From Phoronis australis (taxonomy: Eukaryota > Animalia > Phoronida), in NCBI GenBank assembly GCA_002633005.1, contig NMRA01000509.1, positions 221,303 to 285,302 on the forward strand: 64,000 nt of DNA. Reading direction: 5' to 3'. Both the position numbers and the translations under genes were made by a program. A model generated the notes under the pieces. It worked only from the letters and a program-made list of their open reading frames with translations. It did not search any database and had not been told where the DNA came from. This document shows, in pieces, positions 62,429 through 64,000 of the stretch. The stretch's first letter is position 1. Each line of letters begins with the position of its first letter.

Positions 62429-64000
62429 GTAAGGACAATTTTACATCTTGTTTTATTACATTATCACTAATATTTATGATTGACTAAAACGCAGCACGAT
62501 AACTTCCGTTATGAGGTGATGGCGACCGACTAGCCTTGGAACATCACGTTTTATAATTTCCGCCCAGACGTCAGATGTCACTTTTTGTAACCTTACCAAT
62601 TACTGACTGCAAAAATCATAATCCCTTAAACTAAAGCGTACAGGCGATGATAGTGCATCAAAGCTGGTAAATATATGTCAATCTAATAAGCAGCGAAATA
62701 TTTGAGAAGTATCGCGGTGGCCTATGAACTTTTCTCAAAGTGATGTTAGGCTATCTGGATCAAGGGCGAGCAGTTTTGTCCGAGACCAACGACCTAGGGC
62801 AATTTTGCTCGCCCGCCGTTCCATATGCCCTGGTCTGATACGTCCGAGCTATCGGTCTGTATCTGAATACTGAAGCTCCATTCCTCTGATATTTTCGTTT
62901 CCTCAGATTAGCTTGTTCTTACCTCGTTGGTGTACTGACATCGTTTACTCGCTTCGTGGTGAGGGTTCATGGTTTCTACAGCGTCTAATTGGACAGATTG
63001 TCTTGAAGGGCGACATCTCAAGTCCGGGCGGCATGAATGAAAGGTGATTATCCACTCTAAATCGGTCAACTCAGATGTTACCGTGGAGCGTTTCTGTCAA
63101 GGACAGATCAACCAGTGGTCGCGGGTTATAAAAACAACTACAGACCGATCACTCGCGCACCAGTCATATTTACCTCAGGGAAGTAATGCTCTCCCTTGTT
63201 CTGTATGACCTGATATCACCCTCGGGGCCTGTCTGTATTTGTATATCATTCTACAGGTTATGCAAAACAAGCCTGACCATTTTGACGGCATTTTAAGCTC
63301 AGGATGTTACAAGTTAGTTTAAGAATGCCTGCACGGAAGAATCAGGCAAATTGCAATAATCTGGGAATATGACTCGTCACTAATTTTGAAATTGGTGTCG
63401 TACTATCATCTCCAGGGTTGACATAAATTCCCAAAAATGAAAATTTGTTGCGCCAAGACTCTCTTATCAGACAAAAAACAAGCAATTCGTCACAACTTTG
63501 TCGCCACTCTTGCTCAGCCATTTTTCTGATTTAATAAAAGTCTTAAAAATATCTGAACAAAAACCAACAGTCTTTAAAGTGACACATCTCAATTCATCAC
63601 AGGCCAAAGTTAACCCAAATCACTAAGTATTAGCATTATTTATGTTTTACTTTCGTTTTCTACTTCCACTGATAGAGAGCACAAGCTTATGTACCCAGTA
63701 AACATGCAGGTATTGGGCCCATAACGCTAAACCCTCGTGAGAGACCGCCCCGAGATGGATGCTGGAGCAACTCGGGGCGGTCTGGGATCAAGCGGAAAAA
63801 CCACAGGGTAAATCTGTGGTCGACGAATCTATTCGGTCGATTACATTTTATTGCCCGTGAAGCCGCTAAGGGCTGCCTGAAGAAATATGACTCGCGCGTT
63901 TGTATTTTCGCCTTTTTCAATAACATGTAAAAGATTCATCAACAAATTCCTCGTAAAATTCTGAAAACAAGCGTTTTTCTCCCACGAAAATCGATGAAGT

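Noticed and set aside
62908-63280. Candidate next exons of the CTLD-LamG gene at acceptors ~62907 and ~63256
   Set aside because: Both give an early stop in the required phase 1, so the next exon probably lies outside the window.

Overview
AT-rich, intron- and repeat-rich DNA from a eukaryote, most likely a marine invertebrate. It has two assembly gaps (3261-4248, 24399-24673). Three protein-coding loci on the + strand can be built by hand. (1) The last seven exons of an ABCC/MRP1-like ABC transporter (2520-17169). (2) An intact, intronless 598-aa axonemal dynein intermediate chain (DNAI2-like, 20651-22447), probably a retrogene, with an RFX X-box-like palindrome upstream. (3) The first six exons of a signal-peptide + C-type lectin + LamG/pentraxin-like extracellular protein (47135-62428, continuing downstream). 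The rest is mostly transposon debris: a ~9 kb Academ-type DNA transposon with a second Academ nested inside it in the opposite orientation, two TTAA-flanked Kolobok-type THAP elements, an ISL2EU-like element, DINE-1/Helentron-like elements, CR1/L2-type LINE fragments, MITEs, tRNA-like repeats, minisatellites and a near-perfect 614-bp foldback. A direct plus inverted triplication spans 22.7-35.2 kb. I found no clear-cut new biological system. The best leads are the dynein retrogene, the rewired TM17 of the MRP transporter, the CTLD-LamG gene with a tandemly amplified splice donor, and the nested Academ. All homology calls come from motif recognition, not from database searches.
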